From assembly GCA_019745315.1 (NCBI GenBank), contig JAIETH010000002.1:32654-96653 (forward strand): DNA of 64,000 nucleotides. Direction: 5' to 3'. Numbering within the stretch: position 1 is the first letter of the stretch; each line of letters begins with the position of its first letter. Position numbers and translations under genes: made by a program. The DNA comes from Patescibacteria group bacterium. GTDB taxonomy: Bacteria > Patescibacteriota > Minisyncoccia > Phycocordibacterales > UBA918. The notes under the pieces were generated by a model. That model did no database searches. It was not told the origin of the DNA and worked only from the letters and a program-made list of their open reading frames with translations. Positions 8,022-18,561 of this stretch are shown one piece after another.

Positions 8022-8930
8022 TTATGCTACTTCTTCTCGTTTCTGCCATCGCTCAATCATCACAAGGAGGGGCGCAGCAAGACAGATAGAAGAGTATGTT
8101 CCTGCAATCATACCGACCATGAGGGTAAGAGAGAAATTTTTAGTAGGCTCTGGACCAAGTATGTAGAGCGATACGAGCATGATGATAACAGTGATCGAAG
8201 TATTAAGAGAACGAGTAAGTGTCTGCATAATACTTCGTCCCACAACCTCTCCAAAACCTTCTTTAATATTTTTATCAATATTGATTTTGAGATTTTCTCG
8301 AACGCGGTCAAATACTACAATAGTATCGTTTACCGAAATACCAAGAATAGTAAGAAGTGCCACAATAAAGAGTGAATCTACTTCTGCGCCATACATGTAC
8401 CCAAGGTACGCAAAGAGTCCTGCGGGGATCAAAATATCATGAAGTAGTGTCACGATAATAACGATTCCATACTTCCACGAGGCGACGGGCTTTGAAACAT
8501 GACGAAATGCAAATGCGATAAAAGCAATGATGCTCAAAACTACCAAGGCAATTGCCCACCACGCCTTTTTCAAGAGCTCTGCACCAATTGAAGGACCGAT
8601 GGAGTTAAACTGCACCTCGCTTGCTTTACCGAGCGTCTGGAGAGATGACATAAGCTCAATCTTTTCCTCAGGCAACAGCTCGCGTTGACGCAAGATATAA
8701 TCCTTTTCCCCTGAAGGCTGTACGAGCACTTCACCAAGCTCGAGAGGCCTAACTACCGCATGTACTGCCTCAGCGTCTGGACGCACTTCTTCATATGAAA
8801 CCTGCAATAAGGAACCTCCCTTAAGATCAATACCTGGCTTAAGCCCCCACACAAAAAGAGCAACTAACGACGCCACCGAGAGGAGGACTGGAATTGCAAA
8901 GAAATATTTTTGATATCGAATAAAAAGCAT
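8022..8930 (-). CDS. secF: Protein translocase subunit SecF
   Basis: GIDLKGG, SIGPSIG, SVNDTIVVFDRVRE. Confidence 0.95.
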   Translation of the reverse strand: MLFIRYQKYFFAIPVLLSVASLVALFVWGLKPGIDLKGGSLLQVSYEEVRPDAEAVHAVVRPLELGEVLVQPSGEKDYILRQRELLPEEKIELMSSLQTLGKASEVQFNSIGPSIGAELLKKAWWAIALVVLSIIAFIAFAFRHVSKPVASWKYGIVIIVTLLHDILIPAGLFAYLGYMYGAEVDSLFIVALLTILGISVNDTIVVFDRVRENLKINIDKNIKEGFGEVVGRSIMQTLTRSLNTSITVIIMLVSLYILGPEPTKNFSLTLMVGMIAGTYSSICLAAPLLVMIERWQKREEVA

Positions 8931-8939
8931 AGGAAGTGA

Positions 8940-10355
8940 TTAGAATCTAAAACCTGAACCCATAAAGAAACGTCCAACTTTTTTAACAGCATCAATGCGC
9001 AGTGCCAAAAGCAGTGTGCGTGAAATACTGATAGCTGAAAGCATTGAGACAAATACTCCCACCGATAGCACGAGCGCAAATCCTTTAATAAGAGACGTGC
9101 CAAACCAAAACAGAATAATTCCTGCTATAAGATGAGCAATGTTTGAATCGCGAATCGCAAGCCACGCACGAGAGAATCCTTCTTGTATTGCGTCTTCCGT
9201 ATCTTTCCCTGCTTTAAGCTCCTCCTTCATACGCTCCGCAATCAATACGTTTGCATCAACTGCAAGACCCACAGAAAGAATGAATCCTGCAATACCCGCA
9301 GCCGTCAAAACCACTGGCATAAGCTTAAACAGTGCCAACATTATCGCAACATACACAAGCAATGCGAGAACAGCCACCAAGCCCGGCAAACGATACCAGA
9401 GTATAAGGAAGATAGAGAGGATAATGAAACCAACTACTCCTGCTCGCACTCCCGCCTTAAACGCATCTTCTCCGAGAGACGCACCAATTGTTTGTGTACT
9501 CAAAAGTTCGATAGGTACCGGCAGTGCACCAAAGTTAAGATTGCGAACAAGTTCGCGACCCTCGTCAGGAGTGAAGTCTCCGGTAATCACCGCAGAACCT
9601 CCCGATATTGCCTCGTTGATCATTGGCTCTGACATCACAACGCCATCAAGAAAGATAGCGAGCCTCTTGCCCACATTATCCCGCGTGATTTGTTCAAAAA
9701 GCCGCGCTCCTTCTTCGTCAAAAGTAATTGCAACAACAGGCGCATTCGCAAGCTGTCCTTGAGAACCACTTCCAAACTCAAGCGTCGCGCGCTCGAGATA
9801 CCGCCCAGTAAGACCTGTAGCAATATACAACTCACCAGCTGCTTCTGTGGCAAGTATTTCTTCGATAACGACACCCTCTTCACCTTGTGTGCTTATAGCA
9901 TTTTGTATCGTAGCAAATGCCTCCTCATTGACGAGCTTAAACTCAAGTGATGGCGTCTGTCCAATTTGTCGAATTGCTTCATTTACATCAGTCACTCCAG
10001 GCAATTCAACCACCAAGCGTTGCATACGCTCACCCGCTACCGCACTCGATTGTTCAACCTGCACAATTGGTTCAGACACACCGAATACATTTGTGCGTCT
10101 CTCAATAACATCACGGAGAGATGCCATTGCATTTTGTACCTCCTCCGGAGCAATCGCCGAAACGTCAGCCTTGTATACAAGATGACTTCCCCCTGCAAGA
10201 TCAAGGCCGAGCTTAAATGGGAATTTCGAATCTGGATTAACGGTCGTTGTATACACAAAGTACGCAATGATTCCTGCGAACACACAGACCACAAAAGCAC
10301 GAAATATTCGTACAGATGCACTTACAGGAACGACGACTTGTTCAGGCTTTTTCAT
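8940..10355 (-). CDS. secD: Protein translocase subunit SecD
   Basis: LGLDLAGG, GVSEP, AVDANVLIAERMKEE. Confidence 0.95.
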   Translation of the reverse strand: MKKPEQVVVPVSASVRIFRAFVVCVFAGIIAYFVYTTTVNPDSKFPFKLGLDLAGGSHLVYKADVSAIAPEEVQNAMASLRDVIERRTNVFGVSEPIVQVEQSSAVAGERMQRLVVELPGVTDVNEAIRQIGQTPSLEFKLVNEEAFATIQNAISTQGEEGVVIEEILATEAAGELYIATGLTGRYLERATLEFGSGSQGQLANAPVVAITFDEEGARLFEQITRDNVGKRLAIFLDGVVMSEPMINEAISGGSAVITGDFTPDEGRELVRNLNFGALPVPIELLSTQTIGASLGEDAFKAGVRAGVVGFIILSIFLILWYRLPGLVAVLALLVYVAIMLALFKLMPVVLTAAGIAGFILSVGLAVDANVLIAERMKEELKAGKDTEDAIQEGFSRAWLAIRDSNIAHLIAGIILFWFGTSLIKGFALVLSVGVFVSMLSAISISRTLLLALRIDAVKKVGRFFMGSGFRF

Positions 10356-10413
10356 ACAGAACAGTTATATCAGCTTACACGACCTGCGTCCATGTTGTTT
10401 TTTTGACATATTT

Positions 10414-11244
10414 TTATACAAAGTCAAACTTTAGTTTCAGCATATTTTCAAAAAGAAAGGCAACTGCAAGCGGCCCAATACCTCCAGGCACTGGTGTTGT
10501 GAGATACGCGAACTCGGAGCACGCAGGATCGGCGTCCCCCACTAACCGCCCCCCTTCTTCAGACGTTCCTGCATCAAATATACTCACGCTTTTGTTGAGG
10601 GAAATCATATCAGGAGTCAGAAGCGAAGGAGATCCTGCACCTAAAACAATAATGTCAGCAGTATGTGTATACTCTTTTATATCACCAGAATCTTTTGTAA
10701 GACGCACCACATCCGCACCAGACTGTTCAAACCAGCGTGCGGCAGGCACACCGACGAGTCGTCCTTGTCCTACAACCACAACCTTCTTATCTTTCGGAGA
10801 AACATCATATTCTGTACATATCGCGCGAATTGCAGCAACAACCGGAGGCAGCACTACATGCCTATTCTCATCCAACAACTGCGTCGCCTCGTGCCCCATA
10901 CAATCAGGGTCACATTCTGAAGGAAGGACTGAAAGCAGGTTGTCGATATCAATATGCGGCGGAAATGGAATTTGTATTACAACTCCGTCTGAAGTAGCAG
11001 CGACCTCTTTTACAATTTCAACAACGCGATCATGCGTTGTATGGAGAGGAATCTCTACTATATTCATAGACACACCACAGTCGCGCGCTATTTTTTGTTT
11101 TATACGTAAAAACTGTTGTGTGGCAGCGTTTGGATTCATGGTAAGAGCAGTGAGTTTTGGCTCTAACTGCTGAGACACGACAAAATCACGCATTCGTAGA
11201 ATGCGCGCATGCGCCATACCTTTACCATCAATAATACCTACCAT
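10414..11244 (-). CDS. folD: Methylene-THF dehydrogenase/cyclohydrolase
   Basis: IIDGK, VVVGQGRLVGVP, TPVPGGIGP; start MVGIIDG. Confidence 0.88.
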   Translation of the reverse strand: MVGIIDGKGMAHARILRMRDFVVSQQLEPKLTALTMNPNAATQQFLRIKQKIARDCGVSMNIVEIPLHTTHDRVVEIVKEVAATSDGVVIQIPFPPHIDIDNLLSVLPSECDPDCMGHEATQLLDENRHVVLPPVVAAIRAICTEYDVSPKDKKVVVVGQGRLVGVPAARWFEQSGADVVRLTKDSGDIKEYTHTADIIVLGAGSPSLLTPDMISLNKSVSIFDAGTSEEGGRLVGDADPACSEFAYLTTPVPGGIGPLAVAFLFENMLKLKFDFV

Positions 11245-11245
11245 G

Positions 11246-12319
11246 TTATTTTTTATGTCGTCGGGAAGTCTCGGGGACATAGGACTCATACTCTCCTTCA
11301 GTAAACCGAAAGGCGTCTCCTGAAAGATACTTATAGGTATACCCGTACACTTTAGTGAGCAGCGTACCATCCATAACAATTGGATAACAATAGAATCGCC
11401 AGCCGCCTTTTGATGTAGGGATTCTTCCTCGTGTTACATGCCAGAAGAAAAAGAACGCGATACGTGCCATCCATGGCTGTATGTGGAGTACGCGCTTCCC
11501 AACTGCATCCGCCATCTCAGGAGCCAATACAGGAGAGCCTGGTGGAGTGATATTGAAAACTTGGTACGTGTCAGCGTGATCAGTAAATGCGAGAGTTTCC
11601 ACAATGTTAACGACATCATCTTCATGAATAAATTGTCGACACCACAATGGAGTAGCTGGAACCCATGATACGAGAAGTGACACAATACGATGAATAAACG
11701 AGCCCTTGAGTTGCCCAGAGAGAGCTGCTTGCAACCCAAACCGTACGCGCATAAAGCGACCTCGCGGACCAGTAATTGCAGCGGGGCGCACAACGCGAAC
11801 CATCACCCGCGACCCACTTTGTACTGCCGCTTCGTATTTCTTAAGAAGATGTTCTTCAGCAACCTTCTTTTCAACAGCATACAAGTATTCTTCATCACGA
11901 AAACCTTCATCTTCTTTAAAATAATGCGAGAGTGTATTTGATGTATACGCTCCGTAGGAAGACGCCGTTGAAAAATGAATGAGCTTTACCACACCTGGCG
12001 TACTGAATGCGAAATCAAATACTGCATCTGACCCTTCAACATTCCATTTCCATTGCATTTTTTGTTTCCCATACATCTCTCGAATTTGCCACGCAGTATG
12101 CACAACCACAGTTGGCATATAGTCTTGTGCGTGTTTCTGCCATGAGCCATCAGAAAGATTCGCGGTAATCCACTCAAGCTTCGGAATGTTCGCAAGAAAT
12201 TCCGGCATACTCTCTTTATCGATACCCACAATACGAACAACGTCCCCGCGCGCAGCAAAACGGCGACACAACATAGCCCCCACATATCCCGCTGCTCCTG
12301 TTATAAGTACTGTATGCAT
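11246..12319 (-). CDS. NAD-dependent epimerase/dehydratase
   Basis: TGAAGYVG and YAVEK SDR motifs. Confidence 0.85.
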   Translation of the reverse strand: MHTVLITGAAGYVGAMLCRRFAARGDVVRIVGIDKESMPEFLANIPKLEWITANLSDGSWQKHAQDYMPTVVVHTAWQIREMYGKQKMQWKWNVEGSDAVFDFAFSTPGVVKLIHFSTASSYGAYTSNTLSHYFKEDEGFRDEEYLYAVEKKVAEEHLLKKYEAAVQSGSRVMVRVVRPAAITGPRGRFMRVRFGLQAALSGQLKGSFIHRIVSLLVSWVPATPLWCRQFIHEDDVVNIVETLAFTDHADTYQVFNITPPGSPVLAPEMADAVGKRVLHIQPWMARIAFFFFWHVTRGRIPTSKGGWRFYCYPIVMDGTLLTKVYGYTYKYLSGDAFRFTEGEYESYVPETSRRHKK

Positions 12320-12323
12320 ATAA

Positions 12324-13703
12324 TTATCGTAATCGAATAGTAACACCGAAGCGACCAAGAAGCGTCTTGAATGTGCGGAGTGCGATATTTATATCCAGCA
12401 AGAGTGATCGATGCTTGATATAAAATAAATCGTATGCCAAGCGCATATGCGTCTCCTCAACAGACTGCGGACTAATATGCCCCGGAGTGTATTGTTGATG
12501 GGTTTGAGCCCATCCTGTAATACCTGGCTTAATAATAGTGCGTATTGCGTAAAATGGTATCTCCTCTCCGAGACGGAGGGCAAGACCTTCAATATCATTG
12601 CGCGGACCAATGAGCGACATCTCGCCTTTTAAAATAGTAAGCACCTGAGGCAGCTCATCAATACTTGTCTTGCGAAGAAGTGCTCCTACTTTCGTCACTC
12701 TATTTTTTGACTCACCGAGCCATACACCGTTTTCATTTGAGCTCATTGTGCGAAACTTGTATACGGTGATAACAGTTCCTGCAATCCCCATCCTTCGTTG
12801 CGCAATAAAGAGCGGACCTTTATCTTCAATACGAATCGCACACCACACTAATGGAATAATACACAGAAGAACAATGCCCAAAAGCGATGCGCCAACAATA
12901 TCAATAATTCGTTTCAAGAAACTATATACCGGCTGAGCTGACCGAGTTACGTGTGCCAAAAACCACTCGTAATGCAGCATCGAAACAGGTACTCGATCGA
13001 ATATTTCTTCGTACATCGCATGAAAGTCAATAAACCGCATACTTTTGTCTGAAAACGTAAGTGTGAACAAGAGAGGTACAAGCTTTGTAATTTCAGGATT
13101 CCGCGTATCACCGACAATGATAGAAATGTTTTCTTTTTCTACCAGGAGCCGGACTTTGTTTTCAAGATCGCGCGTCTCAGAAAGCATCTCGGCGTTGAGG
13201 ATACGCACAAATGTTATGCCGTATCGTGAATTTGAATTAACCTCTCTCACCAAATCTTCAATCTCTTCTCCTTCCCCCACCAACAATGCTTTACGGCGTG
13301 TTTTTGGCATCAAATATTCAACCAATAGCAATCGCCACACGAGAAGTGCGGCTGACGAAATAACAAAATAGATGAGCAGATTTGTTTTAGGCGTAATGCC
13401 GAAGTACGGTATAAAAAAGAAAAATAACGCAGCGAGAGCTGCATTTACCATTTGTGCATTAGTGATGGTGCTCAGCATTCCTCGCTTCACAAACTCTGTA
13501 TGCTTGTCATAGAGACCAGCTATAAAAAACACCACAACCCACGCAATTGAGAGAATAAGAAACGGTGCAAAGTGAGCGCCAAAAAGCTCTGAGTCTGGAA
13601 AACCCCAATAGCGCACACAAAGGGTGACCCACAGGGCTAGAAAAAAGATACCAATATCTCCCAAGAGAAGGAGTAGTGACTCTCTTTTATTGTGATAACT
13701 CAT
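12324..13703 (-). CDS. Polyprenyl glycosylphosphotransferase (WcaJ/CpsE-like)
   Basis: N-terminal TMs; KFRTM, SIDELPQ, GEMSLIGPR, KPGITGWAQ. Confidence 0.9.
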   Translation of the reverse strand: MSYHNKRESLLLLLGDIGIFFLALWVTLCVRYWGFPDSELFGAHFAPFLILSIAWVVVFFIAGLYDKHTEFVKRGMLSTITNAQMVNAALAALFFFFIPYFGITPKTNLLIYFVISSAALLVWRLLLVEYLMPKTRRKALLVGEGEEIEDLVREVNSNSRYGITFVRILNAEMLSETRDLENKVRLLVEKENISIIVGDTRNPEITKLVPLLFTLTFSDKSMRFIDFHAMYEEIFDRVPVSMLHYEWFLAHVTRSAQPVYSFLKRIIDIVGASLLGIVLLCIIPLVWCAIRIEDKGPLFIAQRRMGIAGTVITVYKFRTMSSNENGVWLGESKNRVTKVGALLRKTSIDELPQVLTILKGEMSLIGPRNDIEGLALRLGEEIPFYAIRTIIKPGITGWAQTHQQYTPGHISPQSVEETHMRLAYDLFYIKHRSLLLDINIALRTFKTLLGRFGVTIRLR

Positions 13704-13808
13704 AGAGGGTAAAACCAAGAATATGCTTATATTACAACAAAAAAACAAGGAAACAAGTTACTTTAAGCCGACTTTTAAAGTGATATACTTAGGAAAATAG
13801 CCTCCAAT

Positions 13809-13937
13809 ATGAGCAATAAAACCAAAAAGAAAATACTATTCCTGATTACCAAGAGCAACTGCGGGCTTTCAAAGCAACGGGGTTGCTTTGAAAGAAAAAC
13901 AACCGCCCCAATTCACCAGCTACAAACCAAAGCATGA
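13809..13937 (+). pseudogene. Recoded duplicate of the glycosyltransferase N-terminus (42-aa uORF)
   Basis: MSNKTKKKILFLITKSN versus MNNPPNRKKILFLITKSNW; 13-bp perfect hairpin; stop overlaps the downstream ATG (ATGA). Confidence 0.7.
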
Positions 13938-15094
13938 ACAACCCTCCCAATCGAAAAAAAATATTGTTCCTGATTACAAAGTCTAACTGGGGCGGCGCCC
14001 AACGCTACGTCTTTGACCTTGCAACATCTCTTCAAAACTCTTTTGATGTTGCGGTAGCCCTTGGAGGCAACGGCAAGCTTGCTGAAGTGCTTCAGACACG
14101 GAACATCAAAACACTCCCCATAGCCGACCTTAAGCGAGACGTATCTCTCACGCATGAATGGAAAGCGTTTTTAAATCTCTATCGACTACTGCGTACAGAG
14201 CGGCCAGACATCCTTCACCTCAATAGCTCTAAGGCGGGCGTACTTGGCGCACTTGCAGGACGTCTCGCACGCGTACCACACATTATATTTACCGCTCACG
14301 GCTGGGCATGGAATGAAAATCGTTCTCTTGTTTCAAAAATATGTATTGCCGCTCTTCACTGGATAACAGTGATACTTTCAGATCGCACCATAGCGGTGTC
14401 TCATAACATATATGACCAAATGGCACGTTTCCCTTTTACCCGAAGACGTATGCGGGTAATTCATCTCGGAATTACACCTCTTCCCAATCTCTCGCGTGAG
14501 CAAGCGCGCCAAAACATACTGGAAATAATTCCAGGATTAAAAGAAGATAGAGACGGGCTATGGGTAAGCACTATCGCAGAACTTCATCCCATCAAAGGTT
14601 TTTTTCATGCGCTTCCCGCGATACAAGAAGCTCAAAAAAAGTATCCTGGTTTACGCTATATCATATTCGGCGAAGGAGAAGAACGGCTCAAAATTGAAGA
14701 CTACATACAGAAGAATGATCTTACGGAAACAGTATGTCTGGCTGGATATGTACATGATGCCTCAGCGCTCCTTCCTGCTTTTGACCTTTTTATACTCCCC
14801 TCATTCTCTGAATCATTTGGATACGTACTCGTAGAAGCTGGAGCAGTAGAAGTACCCATCATAGCAACCAATGTCGGAGGTATCCCCGAAATAGTTGAGG
14901 AAAATGCCGGTGTATTAGTGGAGCCTGGCAATACAGAAGCACTTGCTCATGCCATCGTAGACGCCTTAGGAAATACAAAAAAGATGCGCGCCTCAGCTCG
15001 CACCTTGAAGCAGCGCGTACTCACCCACTTTACAAAAGAACGTATGTCTGAAGAAACAGCAGATATCTATACCGATCTCCTTACTAAAAGATAA
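13934..15094 (+). CDS. GT4 family glycosyltransferase
   Basis: WGGAQRY, FTAHG, PSFSESFGYVLVEA, TNVGGIPE. Confidence 0.92.
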   Translation: MNNPPNRKKILFLITKSNWGGAQRYVFDLATSLQNSFDVAVALGGNGKLAEVLQTRNIKTLPIADLKRDVSLTHEWKAFLNLYRLLRTERPDILHLNSSKAGVLGALAGRLARVPHIIFTAHGWAWNENRSLVSKICIAALHWITVILSDRTIAVSHNIYDQMARFPFTRRRMRVIHLGITPLPNLSREQARQNILEIIPGLKEDRDGLWVSTIAELHPIKGFFHALPAIQEAQKKYPGLRYIIFGEGEERLKIEDYIQKNDLTETVCLAGYVHDASALLPAFDLFILPSFSESFGYVLVEAGAVEVPIIATNVGGIPEIVEENAGVLVEPGNTEALAHAIVDALGNTKKMRASARTLKQRVLTHFTKERMSEETADIYTDLLTKR

Positions 15095-16204
15095 CTATTG
15101 ATCGTGCTCAATAATGACTCGCTTTTTGCGCTTTGTCATACCAATAAGCATTCCAATACCGATACACTCCGTAATGAGGTGAGACCCCCCATAACTTAAA
15201 AATGGCACCGTTGTCCCCGTTACTGGCAAGAGTCCTATGTTCATACCTATATGCACAAAGAAGTGCGTGGTGATGAGTATGGCGAGCCCAGTGCCAAATA
15301 ATCGCTCAAAGTTTGTTTCTCCATCAAGTGCACGAAATAGTATCTTCCACACCAAGAGCGCAAAAAGGAGAAAAACGAGCAGCGCTCCTATAAACCCCCA
15401 CTCCTCAGCAAAGGCAGCAAAAATAAAGTCTGTTTCATATTCTGGCAAAAACTCGAGCTTCGATTGTGTACCATATCCAATACCCTTACCCAACAACTCT
15501 CCCGAGCCGACGGCGATCGTCGATTGGTATGCATTGTATCCAGTACCCTGAATATCAGCGAGCGGATGAAGAAATGTTCTAATGCGATCTTTTTGGTATT
15601 CCTGGAAACCAAAAAACCACAATCCACTAAATGAAAGGACACCGAGGAGAAAAACAGCGCCTACGTGTCGCCACGAAATTCCTGCAACCAATACGAGGCC
15701 AAACCATACAGAAAAAAGAATTATGGCGCTCCCGAAGTCAGGCTGAATGAATACAAGCGCGAAGATAAAAAATGCATAGAGACCCGAAATAATAATATGT
15801 CGAATATCTGCAATTTCTACATGTCGCTTTGAAAAGTATTTCGCCAATACCATAATCAAAACGAGCTTTGCGGGGTCTGACGGCTGAAGTGCAAAGAAAC
15901 CGAAATCAAACCGACTCTGAGCACCCTTTACCACTGTTCCAAATACCAACACTGCAGCAAGCACTGCAATTGTTGCCATGTATATATAAAAGACTGCATT
16001 TCCCGTTCTTAAAAAACGGTAATCGGGAATAGCTGCTATAACAAGAAAGAAAAAAGAAACACCAATCCATATAACCTGTCGCTCAAAATAGAGATTGTCT
16101 CCCAGGTACGAATACATCGTCATAAGGCCGAGCAGACTCAAGACGAGCGCAGTGCCAAAAAGCCACATATCAAAGCCTGCAAATAGCGCTTTTAGTGCTC
16201 GCAT
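15095..16204 (-). CDS. rodA: SEDS peptidoglycan polymerase RodA
   Basis: QPSDPAK, QPDFG, LPEYETDFIF, PFLSYGGS. Confidence 0.9.
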   Translation of the reverse strand: MRALKALFAGFDMWLFGTALVLSLLGLMTMYSYLGDNLYFERQVIWIGVSFFFLVIAAIPDYRFLRTGNAVFYIYMATIAVLAAVLVFGTVVKGAQSRFDFGFFALQPSDPAKLVLIMVLAKYFSKRHVEIADIRHIIISGLYAFFIFALVFIQPDFGSAIILFSVWFGLVLVAGISWRHVGAVFLLGVLSFSGLWFFGFQEYQKDRIRTFLHPLADIQGTGYNAYQSTIAVGSGELLGKGIGYGTQSKLEFLPEYETDFIFAAFAEEWGFIGALLVFLLFALLVWKILFRALDGETNFERLFGTGLAILITTHFFVHIGMNIGLLPVTGTTVPFLSYGGSHLITECIGIGMLIGMTKRKKRVIIEHDQ

Positions 16205-16215
16205 GGAAATACTAC

Positions 16216-17598
16216 TTACGGACGCTCTTGGTTGTCATTGAGCTCCCCGATCACCTTTGGCACGATATCAATCACCGCAGCCCCATCCTCGCAGAGTGAA
16301 GTAGTTATTGAGCGATAGATACCGTCGAGAGAGGCTTTATCTAAAGCGCGATATTTTTGCGCGGGGTCAGACGCTATCGAGGTTAAGAAACTGTCTTCAA
16401 CACCTTCGCCAAGTCCAATAGTGATAATAGTGATTCCTTGGTCTTTTGCTCGTTGCGCTGCCGCAATTGCATATGCTTCAGGGTCAGGATCAGGTTCGTT
16501 TGTTTTTCCATCAGTAAATACAATCAATACTTTGCGTGCATCAGGATTATGTCGAGACGACTCAAATTCTTCCGTGGCAACAAGAATTGCATCTCCCACA
16601 TTGGTTCCTCCTGACTGCTCTTTAGGATCAATAGTGAGTCCTTGTACCAACGTACCTACTCCCATCGTATCGCCGGTCAGCGATCGAGAAAGAGTTCCCC
16701 CAGTTGCAAAGGTTGCTATTCCTATTTGATCTTTGCTCCGTAGTCGTTCTACGAACCCAGATGCCGATCGGAGTACAGAGGTAATCGGCTCAGGCGGTGT
16801 ACCACCCTCAGAGTCCATACTTCCAGAAAGGTCAATTGCCATAATTACATCAGTAGGAATCTCACAACTCGTGATAGTTTTTGCTATCGGTTCAGGCCAG
16901 GTAAATGTGACCACTTTCTCAGTTCGTCCTTCAAAGAGAGGGACCACGGTGCGTGAAGCAGTGAGGGCATTTCCTTTTGCATTAAAAATAGTCGCGATAA
17001 TCTCTACGCTTCGAGCATCGTTAAGGGACGTGTTTGTGAGAGATGCTTCAAGTCGTGGCTTCGTGTCCGCATCAACAAGTGCTCGCGAATTAACCGTGAA
17101 CTGGGCGCGATTATCTGTAAAGACCTCCCACCGTGTTACAGGTGCAAGCGTAATGGTGGTTTGAGCAGGAACTTTATTTCCTGTACTGATGCGTCCTTCA
17201 AAAATAGGATACTCACTATCTGGTGGCAAAAATGTTGTCCCTGTTTTTTCAGCTATTTTGGAACCATCAGCCGCAAAGAGTGTAAACGTGTATGAGAGCT
17301 CTCGCGTACCAACATCAAGATTTTTATTTTCTACATACGCCACCGCATTGTAAACGCCATCTGAAACCTTAAGCGCACGACTCCACGCGACTGTCGGCTC
17401 GAGCACATCAAATGGGCATACGAGCACGCACGAACCACCGCAATCAATACCACGCTCATCACCATTTTGGCGATCATCAAAACATGTTGGCTCATTTCGT
17501 ATGAAAAAGAAATAAATTAGCGTGAAAACCACTGCAAAAAAAAGCACTATGCCAATGACATATTGCACCCTTCTCCAAAAAGCCCACGGTCTATACAT
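16216..17598 (-). CDS. Membrane-anchored protein with C-terminal vWA domain
   Basis: TM then CFDDRQNGDERGIDCGGSC; MIDAS motif DLSGS, GGTN, FTDG. Confidence 0.8.
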   Translation of the reverse strand: MYRPWAFWRRVQYVIGIVLFFAVVFTLIYFFFIRNEPTCFDDRQNGDERGIDCGGSCVLVCPFDVLEPTVAWSRALKVSDGVYNAVAYVENKNLDVGTRELSYTFTLFAADGSKIAEKTGTTFLPPDSEYPIFEGRISTGNKVPAQTTITLAPVTRWEVFTDNRAQFTVNSRALVDADTKPRLEASLTNTSLNDARSVEIIATIFNAKGNALTASRTVVPLFEGRTEKVVTFTWPEPIAKTITSCEIPTDVIMAIDLSGSMDSEGGTPPEPITSVLRSASGFVERLRSKDQIGIATFATGGTLSRSLTGDTMGVGTLVQGLTIDPKEQSGGTNVGDAILVATEEFESSRHNPDARKVLIVFTDGKTNEPDPDPEAYAIAAAQRAKDQGITIITIGLGEGVEDSFLTSIASDPAQKYRALDKASLDGIYRSITTSLCEDGAAVIDIVPKVIGELNDNQERP

Positions 17599-17693
17599 AC
17601 ATGTATTGTAACAGAGAGCTGAGCATAAGAAAAAAGTATCTACTAGAAAACAAAAAAACGACCAGTGGTCGTTTTTTTGTAATTAAATATTTA

Positions 17694-18035
17694 AATCTGG
17701 CGGCTACCTACTCTCCCTCTTGCGAAGTACCATCGGCGCTAGAAGGCTTAACTTCCGTGTTCGGAATGTTACCGTCTTGCCCAAGAGCAAAGCGATTGGA
17801 TGCAAGACGCAATCCCATACTTTTGAATCAAAAACTATAATCTGGCGGCTACCTACTCTCCCTCTTGCGAAGTACCATCGGCGCTAGAAGGCTTAACTTC
17901 CGTGTTCGGAATGAGAACGGGTGTGACCCTTCCGCCAAACCACCAGATTATAATGTTCGATTGTCAAAAGTATGGGGCGAACGGCGTAAAATAGTGCCCC
18001 ACACTATTTTACCCCTTCCGCCAAACCACCAGATT
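17694..18035 (-). pseudogene. Split outer 5S rRNA copy enclosing the intact 5S gene
   Basis: 17694-17768 and 18013-18035 are identical to parts of 17839-17949. Confidence 0.75.
17840..17948 (-). rRNA. rrf: 5S rRNA (intact inner copy)
   Basis: CCCGTTCTCATTCCGAACACGGAAGTTAAGC, GATGGTACT, GAGAGTAGGT; terminal stem. Confidence 0.95.
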
Positions 18036-18293
18036 TAAATATTTAATCTGTTGGAATTTAATATCAAGTGTAGTATTTTTGCAACTCAAAATCAAAACCT
18101 AAGCAACTCTATGAATGCATAGTATTCCTTGTCTTGAATCCTGAAATCGAAATTTGCATGACGATGTTCAGCATTCCTTACAGGAAATACATTCTATTAG
18201 TACACCTCGGCTCCGCATATTTCTATGCTTCCACCTGGTGCCTATCAACCTGATAATCTCTCAGGGAATTTAATGATTCCTCATCTTAGAACT

Positions 18294-18326
<33 letters not shown>

Positions 18327-18452
18327 ATTCCGAACGTAGCTACAGGGCAATGCCGCTGGCGCGACAGCCCTCAGACCAGAGGTTCGTTCATCCCGGTCCT
18401 CTCGTACTAGGGACAAATTTCCTCAAGAATCGACGCCTGCAGTAGATAGGAG

Positions 18453-18486
<34 letters not shown>

Positions 18487-18561
18487 GCGTAACTTTTTAA
18501 TTGGCGAACAGCCAAACCCTTGGGACCTGCTCCAGCCCCAGGATAAGTTGAGCCGACATCG

